64,000 nucleotides of DNA from an uncultured delta proteobacterium (GTDB lineage Bacteria > Desulfobacterota > Syntrophobacteria > Syntrophobacterales > Syntrophobacteraceae). Positions 22,520 to 34,326 of this stretch are shown here, piece after piece (positions within the stretch are counted from its first letter, which is position 1; each line of letters starts with the position of its first letter). The stretch spans positions 96,001 through 160,000 of the forward strand of contig CAWEHK010000018.1 of the NCBI GenBank assembly GCA_963808625.1, in the 5' to 3' direction. A program made the position numbers and the translations under genes. The notes under the pieces are model-generated. The model saw only the letters and a list, made by a program, of their open reading frames with translations, did not search any database and had not been told where the DNA came from.

Positions 22520-24336
22520 TCAGACGTTACGCCCCTCAAGGACCTCCCAGCGCCGGTAAGCGTCCTCCAATTCCCGTTCAAGGGATTCCAGGCGGGCTTT
22601 GGCCCCGGCGATCTCGGCACCGGGTCGCTGGTAAAAAGACGGGTCGGAGAGGGATGCGTACCACTTTGCTTGTTCTGCTTCAAGGGTTTCAATGTGCGGC
22701 GGCAGGGCTTCGAGTTCGCGTTGTTCCTTGTAACTCAGTGATGGGCGGCGTTCCGGCCGGGGCCGCTGCGGCACCGTCGCGGCTGCCGCTTTTTCGGTGC
22801 CCGACGGGGGCAACGGGCCGTCGCTGGCGCAGCCAGTCGTCATAACCCCCGACATATTCACCGACACGGCCCTCGCCTTCAAGCACGAGCGTGCTGGTCA
22901 CCACATTGTTAAGAAACGTCCGGTCATGACTCACCAGGAGGAGAGCGCCCGGATAGTCGAGGAGCAGTTCTTCGAGCAATTCCAGAGTCTCGGTATCGAG
23001 GTCGTTGGTCGGTTCGTCCATGACCAGAACGTTGGACGGTTTGGTGAAGAGCCGCGCCAATAACAGCCGATTCCGTTCTCCGCCGGAGAGGATGCGAACG
23101 GGAGACCTGGCACGTTCCGGGGAGAAAAGGAAATCCTCCAGGTAGCCGAAAATGTGCCGCGGCCTGCCATTGAACACGATGACATCGTTTCCTTCGCCGA
23201 CATTTTCAAGCACCGACTTATCCTCTTCCAGTTGCGTCCGGAGTTGGTCAAAATACGCTATTTCCAGGCGGACGCCGTGGCGCAGCCTGCCCTCCTGCGG
23301 CGGCAACTCCCCGAGAAGGAGGCGGAGCAAGGTGGTCTTCCCGGAACCATTCGGGCCGATGATTCCCACTTTGTCGCCGCGCATGATGAGCGTCGAAAGA
23401 CCGCGGACAACAGGCGTTTCTTTGATGTAGCCGAAACTCACGGCTTCCGCCTCGACGACCAGTTTTCCGGAACGCCCGGCCTCCTGGGTGCGCATCCGCA
23501 CCGACCCGGTGAGTTCACGCCGAGCGCGCCGGGCTTCCCGCATCCTTTCCAGGGCACGAACTCTGCCCTCATTGCGCGTGCGCCGGGCCTTGACTCCCTG
23601 GCGCAGCCAGGTTTCTTCGCGAGCCAGTTTCTTGTCGAACTGGGCCCACTGTTCAGCCTCGGCCTCGAGAAGAGCTTGCTTGCGTTTCTGGAAGTTCTCA
23701 TAATCACACGCCCAGTCGATAAGGCTACCTCGGTCCAATTCAACGATACGCGTTGCGAGTTTTTGCAGCAACAAGCGGTCGTGAGTGACAAAAAGCAGAG
23801 TCCCCCCGGAGCGCAGCAGGAATTCCTCCAGCGACTCGATGGCTTCCACGTCCAAGTGATTGGTAGGTTCGTCCAGGAGCAGAAGGTCGGGATCACGCAC
23901 CAGGCCCCTGGCCAGCATGACGCGCCGCTTAAGACCTGCAGAAAGGGTTTCGAAGGACGCCTGAGGGTCAAGGTTCAAGCGCGAGATGGTTTTCGCCACT
24001 TGCTGATGCTTACGCCATTCAGCCTCATCCTCTCGGGAGAACAAAGCAGCGTTCGAATCATCCAGGCCGCCGGCGACGATATCGGACAACGTTTCCCCAC
24101 AGCCCCTGCGGGACCTCCTGAGGGAGGAGACTCAGGCGCAGACCCTGCTGTCTTGTGATCTCGCCGTCATCCGGAATAAGCTCGCCAACCAACAATCTCA
24201 TCAAGGTGGACTTGCCCGTTCCGTTTCTGCCGACCAAACACACCCGTTCCCCGCGCTCGATTTGAAAGTTGATGCGGTCGAGCAACGGCGGACCCCCGAA
24301 GCTCACACTCACATCCTGCATGCTGATCATCGCCAT
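22520..24336 (-). CDS. uup: ABC-F family ATPase Uup (frameshifts near 24095 and 22765)
   Basis: Two ABC domains (GRNGTGKST, LSAG, DEPTNHLD; GPNGSGKTT, LSGGE, DEPTNDLD), 'KARRTRNEGRVRAL', C-terminal 'LSYKEQRELEALP' coiled coil. Confidence 0.85.
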
Positions 24337-24352
24337 ACGGACTTCATCCCTC

Positions 24353-25258
24353 TCATTCAGGACCCTCAGACCTGAGTCCAGGGGGAGGACAGCACCAGAC
24401 CTCGAAGATTGATTCCGTTGCCGGATGGCGCAGGTGAAGACGTTCGGCATGGAGGAGATAGCCGCAATCTCCGGGAAGTGCGTCGCCCCCGTTCAGCAAT
24501 CCTCCGCCCGCCGCATAGAGAGGATCACCCACCAGCGGGTGCCCCGCGGCGGCAAGATGAATGCGGATTTGATGGGGCCTTCCGGTCTCGATCGACACCT
24601 GCAGGAGGGAGGTATCGGCACGGCGCTCAAGAATGCTGACCCGACTCAGTGCGCGCTTACCCGTCGGACAGGCGGCGTGGATCGTCCCCAGGAGCGCGTG
24701 AGGCACCGGCCCGATGGGCGAGGTTATGGAAAAATCGGCCACGGCCGGAATGCCACAGGCCAGAGCCCGATAAACTTTGGTTATTCTATTCTGCCGCATG
24801 GCTGCACAAAGAACGGATCTGGCCCGGGCGGTGCGGGCAAAGAGGACCACTCCCGAAGTGCCCCGCCCGAGGCGATGGATGGGCGTGGCTTCAGGGTAAC
24901 GCTTTTGCACCAAACTAAGGAGCGTGTGCTCAAGGAATCCGCCGCCGGGAATGGTGGGAAGTCCGCAAGGCTTGGCCACTGCCAGCAACTCTTCGTCTTC
25001 GTACAAAACAGCGCAGGCAAGCGGCACATCAGCTTCATTCCAGGGTGGACGGCGCCAAATGAGCATCTGGCCATGTTTCAAAACGGCGTCGCCTCGCGCC
25101 TCGAGACCATCCAGAGCGATTTCACCGTTCGCGATGCGCTCCTGCCAGTCGTCTCGGGAGGAATGGCGATACGCCCGACTCAGATAGGCCAGGACCGCAT
25201 GCCCGTTGCCGCGATGGTCGATTCTTTCCCGATACTCATATCCCCGGTTAAAAGCCAA
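24353..25258 (-). CDS. RluA-family RNA pseudouridine synthase
   Basis: 'KPCGL', 'HRLGRGTSG', 'TGRPHQIRIH', 'PLVGDPLY'; note Gly at the usual catalytic Asp position of HRLD. Confidence 0.82.
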   Translation of the reverse strand: MAFNRGYEYRERIDHRGNGHAVLAYLSRAYRHSSRDDWQERIANGEIALDGLEARGDAVLKHGQMLIWRRPPWNEADVPLACAVLYEDEELLAVAKPCGLPTIPGGGFLEHTLLSLVQKRYPEATPIHRLGRGTSGVVLFARTARARSVLCAAMRQNRITKVYRALACGIPAVADFSITSPIGPVPHALLGTIHAACPTGKRALSRVSILERRADTSLLQVSIETGRPHQIRIHLAAAGHPLVGDPLYAAGGGLLNGGDALPGDCGYLLHAERLHLRHPATESIFEVWCCPPPGLRSEGPE

Positions 25259-25360
25259 TCAGCGAACCTTCCCGCTCTATCTTCATCATAAACTCGGTCT
25301 GACGCCGCTTTTTCACGTGCCCGGTGATCGAAAAGCGAACCCGGCGCATTATGCCCGGGG

Positions 25361-26263
25361 CTAACGGGACGGGGCATCTGCCGGCATGACCCCGTGACCC
25401 GCCGGCGGCAGGAGCGTTTCAATCAGATTGTCTTTTTCCGCCCAAAGGGTGTTCAACCAGTTGTTGAAACGCCGGCGGAATTCCTTGTCCCCAAGATAGT
25501 CCCCGAACAATTCCGGCGTAACCGGCAGCTCTCTCACCCGCACCTTGACGGTCATCGATCTGCAGCACAGAAAGGACCATATGCCCTGAGCGCCCTCCGG
25601 GTAGACGATGGTCACATCCAGGATGGAGTGAAGTTGTTTCCCCAAAGTGTCGAGCACTATCGCCGTGCCGCCGGCTTTGGGTTTCAGCAGGTTTTTGAAG
25701 GGTGAATGCTGCTTCTCCCGCTTTTCGCTGGTGAACCGCGTCCCCTCGATGAAGTTCATGACCGACACCGGAACGGCTTTGAATTTCTCACAGGCATTCC
25801 GGGCCGTCTCGAAGTCTTTCTGCACCGAGGAACTCCTTCGCATAAAAGGGAAATCCAAAACCCACCAGACGATTCCAAGAACCGGAACCCAAATCAGTTC
25901 TTTCTTTAAGAAGAATTTCAAAAATGGGATTTTACGGTGGAAAACCTTTTGCAGAACCACAATATCCACCCAGGTCTGATGGTTGGCCAGCACCAGGTAC
26001 CAGGCATTCGGTTTAAGCGTGTCGACGCCTTCAACATCCCAGTCGATCTTCTTGGTGAACTGCAAGCCTAAGTTGTTGCACATAATCCAATTCCGACCGA
26101 TGGCATTCAACAGCTTACTGCAGAAGGTCCGCCAGCCTTGCGAGGGAATGGCCCATTTGCACAGGGCGACGAAGAGCAACAGGGACGACCAGAAGACGGT
26201 GTTCACAGCCACAACCAACAGCGAGAACCAACCACGGACGGGATCCGGCACGGATTCTAACAT
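25361..26263 (-). CDS. PlsC-type acyltransferase (YihG-like)
   Basis: 'NHQTWVD', 'FFLKKEL', 'FIEGTRF', 'LLKPKAGG'. Confidence 0.88.
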   Translation of the reverse strand: MLESVPDPVRGWFSLLVVAVNTVFWSSLLLFVALCKWAIPSQGWRTFCSKLLNAIGRNWIMCNNLGLQFTKKIDWDVEGVDTLKPNAWYLVLANHQTWVDIVVLQKVFHRKIPFLKFFLKKELIWVPVLGIVWWVLDFPFMRRSSSVQKDFETARNACEKFKAVPVSVMNFIEGTRFTSEKREKQHSPFKNLLKPKAGGTAIVLDTLGKQLHSILDVTIVYPEGAQGIWSFLCCRSMTVKVRVRELPVTPELFGDYLGDKEFRRRFNNWLNTLWAEKDNLIETLLPPAGHGVMPADAPSR

Positions 26264-26421
26264 GGTCTCTATAGGTTCCTTTCAACAGGGGTACACAGTT
26301 CTGCCGCCATCTCTGGATGGCGTTTCAGCACGGAAAACCTTTCAAAGCCTAAAATCTTCCTGGCGTCAAGATCTAAACCTCGAAAAACAAGCACCTTCCG
26401 CAAACCACAAGCGCGTCGTGG

Positions 26422-28693
26422 TCACGGTTTTTTCAAAGCCGCTTCGAAAGGATTATTGAACCCGCCTTTTCCGGGAGCAGGTTTCCCTTGATCAGCGCGT
26501 TTCTTGGTGGGGGCCGATCCCTTGGTTTGGGATAGTTCCGCCCGGGGCGCCGAAGATGACTTCAAGGAAAGGGAGATGCGGCTTCTTTCCAGGTCCACTT
26601 CGAGGACCGTCACCGTGACCCGCTGGTGAACGCGTACCACCTGCCGGGGGTCGCTCACGAAGTGGTCGGAAAGCTCGCTCACGTGAACCAAACCGTCCCG
26701 GTGCACGCCAATATCCACAAACGCGCCGAAAGCCGTCACATTGGTCACGATTCCGGGGAGCTTCAGGCCCGGCCTGAGGTCCGCCACTTTCTCGATTCCC
26801 GGAGCAAAGGAAAAAGCTTCGAAGGTCTCCCGCGGATCGCGGCCCGGTTTCGCAAGCTCTGAAAGGATATCCTGAAGGGTCGGGAGCCCGGCTTCTTCGG
26901 TTACGTAGCGTGAGGGGTCAATGGCCTGGCGGAGCGTCGCCTCGTGCATCAGGTCGCTCGACCGACAGCCAAGGTCCCGCGCCATGTGCTTTCAACAATG
27001 GGATACGCTTCGGGATGAACGGCGCTCGCATCCAGAGGGTTCGTTGCCATCCCTGATGCGCAGGAAACCCGCTGCCTGCTGGAAAGCTTTGGGACCCAGG
27101 CGCGGGACCTTTTTGAACTCCTCCCGCGAGCCAAAAGGGCCGTGATCATTCCGATAGGTCACGATATTCTTCGCCAGCTGCGGCCCCAGCCCCGAGACAT
27201 AGGCCAGGAGGTGAGGACTTGCGGTATTGACTTCAACGCCTACGGCATTCACACAGCTCATGACGGTGTCGTCCAGGCTTCTCTTCAGAGCACTCTGATC
27301 GACATCATGCTGGTACTGGCCCACCCCGATGGCCTTGGGATCGATCTTCACCAGCTCCGCCAGAGGGTCCATCAGGCGCCTCCCGATCGAAACGGAGCCG
27401 CGAACGGTCAGGTCGTGCTCGGGAAATTCCTCACGGGCCACGCTGGATGCCGAATACACCGACGCCCCGCTTTCATCCGCCATGATGACCTGAATGTCGG
27501 ATCGGCAGACTGAGACTGCGGACAAAAGACTCCGTTTCCCTTCCCGCCGTGCCATTGCCTATGGCAATAGCTTCAATGTCGTATGCGACGGCAAGGCTCT
27601 CGATGCGCTCGGCAGCTTTGACCGAGGACTGGACCCCGGAATGCGGATAGACGGTCTCGCTGTGGATGAGCTTTCCCTGGGGATCCAGGCAGACCACTTT
27701 GCACCCGGTACGGAACCCCGGATCGATGGCCATGACCCGCCTCGGCCCCAAAGGAGGCGCCATTAAGAGATGGCGGAGATTATCGACGAAGATCTGAATC
27801 GCCTCTCGATCGGCCCGCTCCTTGGACCATTGCTTCGCTTCGGTTTCCAGGGAGGGTTGAAGAAGCCTCTTGTAGCTGTCGTGCACCGCAGCCCTGACCT
27901 CCCGGCTTGCGGCCGCCCCCTCGCCCTTTACAAAGAGCCCCTCCAGAATGGACAGAGCCCGCTCTTCGGGAGGTCCGATGTGGACGGTGAGAAAGCCCTC
28001 CTTCTCGCCGCGCCGCACGGCCAGAATCCTATGCGACGGAGCTTTCCCGAGGGATTCCTCCCAATTGTAATAGTCGCGGAATTGGATACCCTCGCCCTCT
28101 TTCCCGGAAATCACCCCGGCGCGGATGACTCCCTGATCGTCAAAAAGCGCCCGCAGTCTTGCCCGAGCTTCGCTATTTTCGCTTACCCACTCGGCAATAA
28201 TATCGCGCGCACCGGCCAGGGCATCTTCTGCGGAGGAGACCCCCTTTTCCGGATTTATCCAGCGGCTCGCTTCAGCAAACGGGTTCGTGGCAGGGTCCTG
28301 AGCGAAGAGCAGATGAGCCAGGGGTTCCAGCCCCTTTTCCCTCGCCATGGAGGCCCTGGTGCGGCGCTTCGGCCGGAAGGGCAAATAGAGGTCTTCCAGG
28401 ACCGCCAGAGTTTCAGCGCCGAGGATCTTCGCTTTGAGCTCGTCGCTCAGGTTGTCCTGGTCTTCGAGGGACTTTAAGACCGCCGCCCGGCGTTTATCGA
28501 GAGCCTCGAGTTGCTCCAACCGATCGCGGATGGCGGTTATCGCGGTCTCATCCAGGGAGCCGGTGGCTTCCTTGCGGTATCGAGCAATGAAGGGAATGGT
28601 AGCCCCATCTTCCAGGAGCTGGGCCGTTGCCCGGACCTGATGGGGCGAAATCTGAAGTTCGCGGGACAGGAGAGCAAGATGCTGTTCGTTCAT
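26422..28693 (-). CDS. tex: Tex-family RNA-binding transcriptional accessory protein (frameshifts near 27505 and 26990)
   Basis: '[16 protein letters not shown]', 'DPGFRTGCK', 'GASVYSAS', '[10 protein letters not shown]', C-terminal S1 'FGAFVDIGV'. Confidence 0.9.
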
Positions 28694-29158
28694 TTGATTT
28701 CATTAATCCTCAATGAATTACCGGATCGAGAGTCAACCCAGCCGGACCGAAGCGAAGTAGTTCTAGCAGATAACCTCGATGATGGGGAGAGTCGCCAAAT
28801 CATGCCTTGCTTTGCGGATATCCGGTCGATGACTCTCATCCTTTGCCCAAATTGGCATAGAGCTCGTCACTACGTGCCGGATCCGGCAAGTAGATTCCGA
28901 TACCTTGATGACGGGGACATGAACATGCATTCCGCTTTCACCGGAATGGCAGTGGAGCATCATGAGCTGAGCCCTTTATACGAACCGGCCCGAGCACCGC
29001 GTCAACAAGCAGGGTCCGGGTGCTTGAGGAAACCGTGACATTCGGGTTAAATTGAATTGCGCCACCAGGGCCTGAAATGATAAGTCATGGTGGCCTATAT
29101 GCTTATGGACCTTTCCCCATTATGCTTGTTCTAAACCGGATGACAGGAGGGTGCGCAC

Positions 29159-29491
29159 ATGGGGCCAAAGAATACACGGGCGGAGCTCGAGAAGACCTAT
29201 CGGGAGCGGGCGCTCAAGATCCTGCCGTGGATCTGCGCGCGGTGCGGGCGTGAGTTCACCGGCAAGAAGCTGCGGGAACTCACGGTCCATCACAAGGACC
29301 ACAACCACCAGAACAACCCGCCTGACGGCAGCAATTGGGAGCTGCTCTGTCTGTACTGTCACGACAATGAACACTCACGGTCGCTGGACGGGGAATGGTA
29401 TGACGACGTGACGCCGGGCGGTGATCAGGAGCCGAGATCCACCTTCAAGCCCTTTGCAGGCCTTGAAGCCTTGCTGAAAAAGAAAGAATAG
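29159..29491 (+). CDS. yajD: YajD-family HNH nuclease
   Basis: 110 aa; CARC, 'LTVHHKDHNH', 'NWELLCLYCHDNEH'; RBS AGGAGG. Confidence 0.85.
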   Translation: MGPKNTRAELEKTYRERALKILPWICARCGREFTGKKLRELTVHHKDHNHQNNPPDGSNWELLCLYCHDNEHSRSLDGEWYDDVTPGGDQEPRSTFKPFAGLEALLKKKE

Positions 29492-29584
29492 CCGTCACTT
29501 TCCGTCTTCGACGGTCAATCCTTGGCCAAGCCAAAAAATACAGCGCGCAACTCCTCTGAGCATGAAGATCTTGGTGCACGTCGC

Positions 29585-30520
29585 TCAGGGGGCGGAACCG
29601 AGGAGTTCGATGGCATTCGATACGGTCTTGAGCGGCATCTTTTCGAACGGTCTCCGGCAGAAGTCGATCTTGATCCGGTATCTCCCCTCGCGCAGATTCG
29701 GCGGCAGCATCAGGGTGATAAAGTGTGATGTCTTTCTATCGGATATCACCGTGCAGTCGGCGCCGTCCGGTGATATAATCTGAGTCGTTGCCATCGTTTT
29801 GTTGTCGTCGCCGTCAGCGACGAGGGCCACGGACCGCTTGACCCCGAAACCAAAGGTGCTTGCCGAAGCGAACGAAAGCCGCACGGGGTCCCCGGCCCGG
29901 TAACGGTCATAATCGGTGGCAAGATAAATACGCTGGTTATAGTCGCTTTCTCCCGTCCTGACCTGCGAGGTCGCCGCCTCCCAGAACCTCGGCTTTGCCG
30001 CATCGAGGTGGATGCTCGCCCCGCCGTAGTGACCGACGCCGCAGCAGTCCTTGCTTTTGACGAGTTCCCACAGCTTCTTGCCGCTCACCCCTTCGATGCT
30101 GAAATCGAGCGCCATGCCATCCATGTGGATGCTCGTTTTCGCGACATTCCCGCCCCCGTTTCTGAGAGTCGTATTGTACTCAGGGCTGCGATAGCCTGAT
30201 TCCATTTTGATCAGTTTTCCCGGGGCAACCAGGTCGGAAAAATAGTCGAGCATGAAGAGCAGCCGTGGCGAGATGTGTTCGCCCCTCTCCTTTGTCGGAA
30301 ATTCGAAGACCTCGTCGATTTTGGCAAACCCCTCATCGTTCAGGGAACCATCAGGGTTGACAAGGGTCGCCGAAGCCTGCTGTCCGGTATGCATGTTCTT
30401 GATCTGAATCCGCCCGTCACCCATCAGGAAAAATCGACCGGGTCCCGCGTCGGCCGAAACGAGGAAGGGCAGCGTTAACAGTATGAGACAGGACAGAACG
30501 GCTTGAAGCCAAGCCGACAC
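29585..30520 (-). CDS. DUF882/YcbK-like peptidase M15 with C-terminal extension, exported
   Basis: Signal peptide; 'SGYRSPEYN', 'SIHMDGMALDF', 'GVGHY', 'IHLD'. Confidence 0.8.
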   Translation of the reverse strand: MSAWLQAVLSCLILLTLPFLVSADAGPGRFFLMGDGRIQIKNMHTGQQASATLVNPDGSLNDEGFAKIDEVFEFPTKERGEHISPRLLFMLDYFSDLVAPGKLIKMESGYRSPEYNTTLRNGGGNVAKTSIHMDGMALDFSIEGVSGKKLWELVKSKDCCGVGHYGGASIHLDAAKPRFWEAATSQVRTGESDYNQRIYLATDYDRYRAGDPVRLSFASASTFGFGVKRSVALVADGDDNKTMATTQIISPDGADCTVISDRKTSHFITLMLPPNLREGRYRIKIDFCRRPFEKMPLKTVSNAIELLGSAP

Positions 30521-30807
30521 TGTACTCCGGAAGAGAGTGCCACGGATCGGTTGCCTCCGTTCTTCCTGATTTCGTCATGCCGCGCTCATCCATCTGGATA
30601 TCTCCTCGGGTTTCCAATTATGTCTGATACGCCTTCACCATCACGCACAAAAATGCTGAACCGAGCCTCTTCCCGTGGAGAGCGGAAATTCCATAGAAGA
30701 TCTCCGTTTATACGAAAGATCCCGGGAAAAGCTCGCCAACCGGATTGGCGGAACGCACATCACCTTCGGCGAATCAAGGCCTGATCCCGATCCAAAAGGG
30801 TTTTCGA

Positions 30808-32424
30808 TTACTCGGGATGGAAGTCCCACAACAACTCCCCATGAGAAGAGAGTTGGACCTGAAGGTGTCCCCGCCAGTTGTCATCATCCTGTTCCGGAAA
30901 ATCCTCTCGAAAATGAGCGCCTCGGCTCTCACAACGGCGCAGGGCCCCTTCAAGAATAAGCGCCGCCACTCTGGCGGCCGAGTGGAGTTCCACAATTCTT
31001 GACGGGTCACTGCCGCCGTGCCGGGGAGGAAAGTCCTTCAGCGCATCCGACATTTTTTTCACCGCAGTGGCCGCACTGACCAGGCCTTCCCGGTTTCTTA
31101 TGATACCGCCATCCCGCCACATTATTTCTCGGAGCCTTTGTCGCAAATCGACATCGGGACCTTGAGCCCTCTCCCAGGCCAATGCGCGTTCTCTCAACAG
31201 CCCCGAGAGCAATCGCTGATCGCCGCCGCCGCTCCTCTTTGCCCAATCCGCGGCCGCATCGCCGGCCCTGGCCCCAAAGACCAGGGTCTCGCTCAGGGCG
31301 TTCCCTCCCATTCGGTTGGCCCCGTGAAGCCCCCCGGCAACTTCTCCGGCCGCAAACAACCCGGGAACGGTGGTCGCCCCCAGACGATCAATCAGAACGC
31401 CACCCATCACATGGTGCGCCACGGGAGAGACACGCACCGGTCGATGCTTTGCCCCGTATCGTTCGCCGAGAAGAGGACTCAGGGCCGCAGAAAATGGATC
31501 GGCGCGCCAGACCTCGTCGGAGAGGCCTTCAAGATGCAGCAGGACTTCGAGACCGTTTCGATAAATCTCCATGAAGATGGCCTGAGAGAGCTTATCCCGG
31601 GCCCTTTCGGCGGCCGGGCGCTCCTCTATTCCATATTTGTCAAGGATGGGTTCCCCGAGGCTGTTTACGAGTCGACCGCAATCAGCCAATCGCGGGGGGA
31701 CCACAAGAGGCGGCCGTCCGGGTTCGGCCAGGGCCACAGGATAGAACTGCACAAATTCCATATCCTGAAGAGCCGCTCCGGCCTCCAGAGCCAAGCGGTA
31801 GCCGTCTCCCAGAATCCGTTTCGGGTTGTCATGGCGAAGATAGAGGGCGGAGGCCCCACCCGTCGCCAGGATGACAGCTTTCGCGGTAACAGCCAGCCAC
31901 CTGCGCGAAACTTCCTCGTAGGCGTTGACCCCAACCGATCCGCCCTTCACGACTAAATCAGCGACCAGCAGGTTCCCAGTGAAGCGGGTCCCCAATGCCA
32001 TATTTCTTTTGAGAAGACAGCGGACCAGTTCCTCGCCCAGGACGGGAGGACGGCCTTTAGAGTACAGATATCCATGCTGAAATTCGGCATGAATACCCCA
32101 CTGCATGAGCTCATTCAATCGCAGAGGAGCTTCGTCAACGAGAATTTCAACCAGTTCGCGCTGGTTTGTCCCCCGGCCCGCCATGAGGGTGCGCTGCAAA
32201 TGGCCGTCCGTCGCTGCCCCATCGGCCGTTCCGGCCATCACCCCGCCACTGAACCAGGTGCAGGTTGACTTGCCCGGCACGCCTTTGGAAGCAACCAGGA
32301 CCTCGAGGCCTTTCTCTCGTGCCGCTATCGCTGCTCTCAAGCCCGCAGCGCCGCTGCCCAGCACCAGGACATCGCAGCCAAGATGATCCACGCTCACCTC
32401 CTCGATGTGAAAATAACCCTCCAC
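30808..32424 (-). CDS. FAD-dependent oxidoreductase, SdhA/FrdA/NadB superfamily
   Basis: GSGAAG, 'ATGG', 'DMEFVQFYP', 'HHVMGG', 'GLHGANRMGGNAL', 'ESRGAHFREDFP'. Confidence 0.88.
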   Translation of the reverse strand: MEGYFHIEEVSVDHLGCDVLVLGSGAAGLRAAIAAREKGLEVLVASKGVPGKSTCTWFSGGVMAGTADGAATDGHLQRTLMAGRGTNQRELVEILVDEAPLRLNELMQWGIHAEFQHGYLYSKGRPPVLGEELVRCLLKRNMALGTRFTGNLLVADLVVKGGSVGVNAYEEVSRRWLAVTAKAVILATGGASALYLRHDNPKRILGDGYRLALEAGAALQDMEFVQFYPVALAEPGRPPLVVPPRLADCGRLVNSLGEPILDKYGIEERPAAERARDKLSQAIFMEIYRNGLEVLLHLEGLSDEVWRADPFSAALSPLLGERYGAKHRPVRVSPVAHHVMGGVLIDRLGATTVPGLFAAGEVAGGLHGANRMGGNALSETLVFGARAGDAAADWAKRSGGGDQRLLSGLLRERALAWERAQGPDVDLRQRLREIMWRDGGIIRNREGLVSAATAVKKMSDALKDFPPRHGGSDPSRIVELHSAARVAALILEGALRRCESRGAHFREDFPEQDDDNWRGHLQVQLSSHGELLWDFHPE

Positions 32425-32640
32425 GATTCAATAGCGCAGAATGCACAGATGAAAATCTCGAACCGCTCCCATCAAGGTATCAAGAGCGCAATCACCATGC
32501 CACCGATCATGGTGCAACCGGTTCAAAAACAAGAGAGCCGGTCCCAGAAATCCATTTACCGTTTCCATCGGGGAGACTATTCTATCGTGGCCGCGCTCGC
32601 AACAGACAAGTTTCCTGAGAGAGAATTCAAGGAGAGATCG

Positions 32641-33354
32641 ATGAAGACCATACCGCTTGATGAACGCATCATCTTCGCACTCGATGTGGATTCCGTCAAA
32701 GTTGCGGAAGCATGGGTCGAACGCCTGGAATCCCATATTGGATTCTACAAAGTCGGATTACAGTTGTTCCTTGCCGGCTGGTTTCACATCGTCGACTGGA
32801 TCATTAAGCGCAACCATAAAGTCATGCTGGACCTGAAGTTCTTTGACGTTCCGGAAACGGTGAAACTGGCGGTGAGGCAACTCCGGGACCGGGGTGTCAC
32901 CTTCGCCACCGTTCATGGCAACGACCCGATCCTCAGAGCAGCAGCCGAGGCCAAAGGTGATGTTAAGATCCTGGCGGTTACGGTGTTGACCAGTTTCGGC
33001 CAGGAAGATATGCAGGAAACGCTGGGGGGGCCGGTGAATATTGAAGATCTAGTGTATATCAGAGCGAAGCGAGCCCTGGACTTGGGCTGCGATGGAGTGG
33101 TGTCGTCCGGTCTGGAAGCAAAACGGCTGCGAAGCCAACTCGGAGAGCGTTTCCTGGTGGTGACTCCCGGGATACGGCCCGGAGTCAACCGGGAAATCAA
33201 TCAAGACGATCAGAAGCGCATCGTCACCGCCGGCGAAGCCATGGCAAACGGCGCGGACCACATCGTGGTGGGGAGACCGATCAGCACGGCCACAGACCCC
33301 ATTGCTTTAGTGGAATTGATGCAAAGAGATATCGCATTGCATACCCGAGTGTGA
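32641..33354 (+). CDS. pyrF: Orotidine-5'-phosphate decarboxylase
   Basis: 'IFALD', 'KVG', 'DLKFFDVPETV', 'VTPGIR', 'DDQKR', 'VVGRPI'; start at ATG after GGAG. Confidence 0.95.
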   Translation: MKTIPLDERIIFALDVDSVKVAEAWVERLESHIGFYKVGLQLFLAGWFHIVDWIIKRNHKVMLDLKFFDVPETVKLAVRQLRDRGVTFATVHGNDPILRAAAEAKGDVKILAVTVLTSFGQEDMQETLGGPVNIEDLVYIRAKRALDLGCDGVVSSGLEAKRLRSQLGERFLVVTPGIRPGVNREINQDDQKRIVTAGEAMANGADHIVVGRPISTATDPIALVELMQRDIALHTRV

Positions 33355-33522
33355 AGACGGAGGACCCTCGACGCAGGCCGGCTCCTCTCGACGCCACCGG
33401 TGCGCAGGTCGAACAGGCTTGATCTTTTTGTCCCGAGATTGTATTCGAAGCAGGACTGGTGAGGGGAATCAATGATGGGATTTTGAGGACCTGCAGTTCG
33501 AAATATCTGGGTGAAGGGGGAG

Positions 33523-34296
33523 ATGATGAAAGGAGAGCTTTTGAGATTCAAACTGGTTATGGTGGCACTCACGGTCTTCGTTTTTCCGGTACTCGCCGGT
33601 GCTGATGTCTTCATGAAGGAAAAGCACCACACGGACGGCATGACGATCATGGGGCATGCGCAGCCCCCGCAGGACACCGTGGCCACCGTGTGGATTGCCA
33701 AGGACAAGATGCGCCGGGACCAGGGAGAAATGTCAAGCATCGCCCTGGTGGAAAAGGATAAGGTGGTGATCTATCAGATCAACCACCCGAAAAAGACCTA
33801 TATGGAATTGTCCCTCGGATCCGATGCCGTTCAAGATATGGCTTCGGCCATGGCGGGAGAAATCAAGGTAAAGGTCACGCCAACCGGCGAGAAGAAGAAG
33901 ATCGGCCAATGGAATTGCACGAAATACATCCAGGAAATGGACATGGGCATGATGCCGATGACTTCCGAAATTTGGGCGAGCGAAGACATCAAGATCCCTT
34001 TCCAGGAAATCTATGAGAAGCTTTCCGCAGCCATGACGGGGCAACCCCCGGGATCGCAGAAGTCCATGGAGGCGATGCAGGCGGAAATGAAAAAGATCAA
34101 AGGGGTCCCGGTGCTTACCGTCACCACCACGACGGTGATGAAAGACGCAACCATGAAAAGCTCGCGCGAATTGCTGGAGGTGAAAGAGGACACGGCACCG
34201 GCGGGCATTTTTGATCTCCCCGAGGGATATGCCAAGCAGACTCTGCCTCAGGGCCTGGGTGAGCGCAAGAAACCCGGAAAACAAAAAACCCAATAG
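33523..34296 (+). CDS. DUF4412-like exported protein
   Basis: Signal peptide; 'TGEKKKIGQWNC', 'EIWASEDI', 'FDLPEGY'. Confidence 0.7.
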   Translation: MMKGELLRFKLVMVALTVFVFPVLAGADVFMKEKHHTDGMTIMGHAQPPQDTVATVWIAKDKMRRDQGEMSSIALVEKDKVVIYQINHPKKTYMELSLGSDAVQDMASAMAGEIKVKVTPTGEKKKIGQWNCTKYIQEMDMGMMPMTSEIWASEDIKIPFQEIYEKLSAAMTGQPPGSQKSMEAMQAEMKKIKGVPVLTVTTTTVMKDATMKSSRELLEVKEDTAPAGIFDLPEGYAKQTLPQGLGERKKPGKQKTQ

Positions 34297-34326
34297 GGGA
34301 AACGATTCAGAAACCGCGGGAGGGCA

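Noticed and set aside
28694..29158. Intergenic ORFs and hairpins between tex and yajD
   Set aside because: No recognisable protein motif, RBS or riboswitch consensus that I can support.
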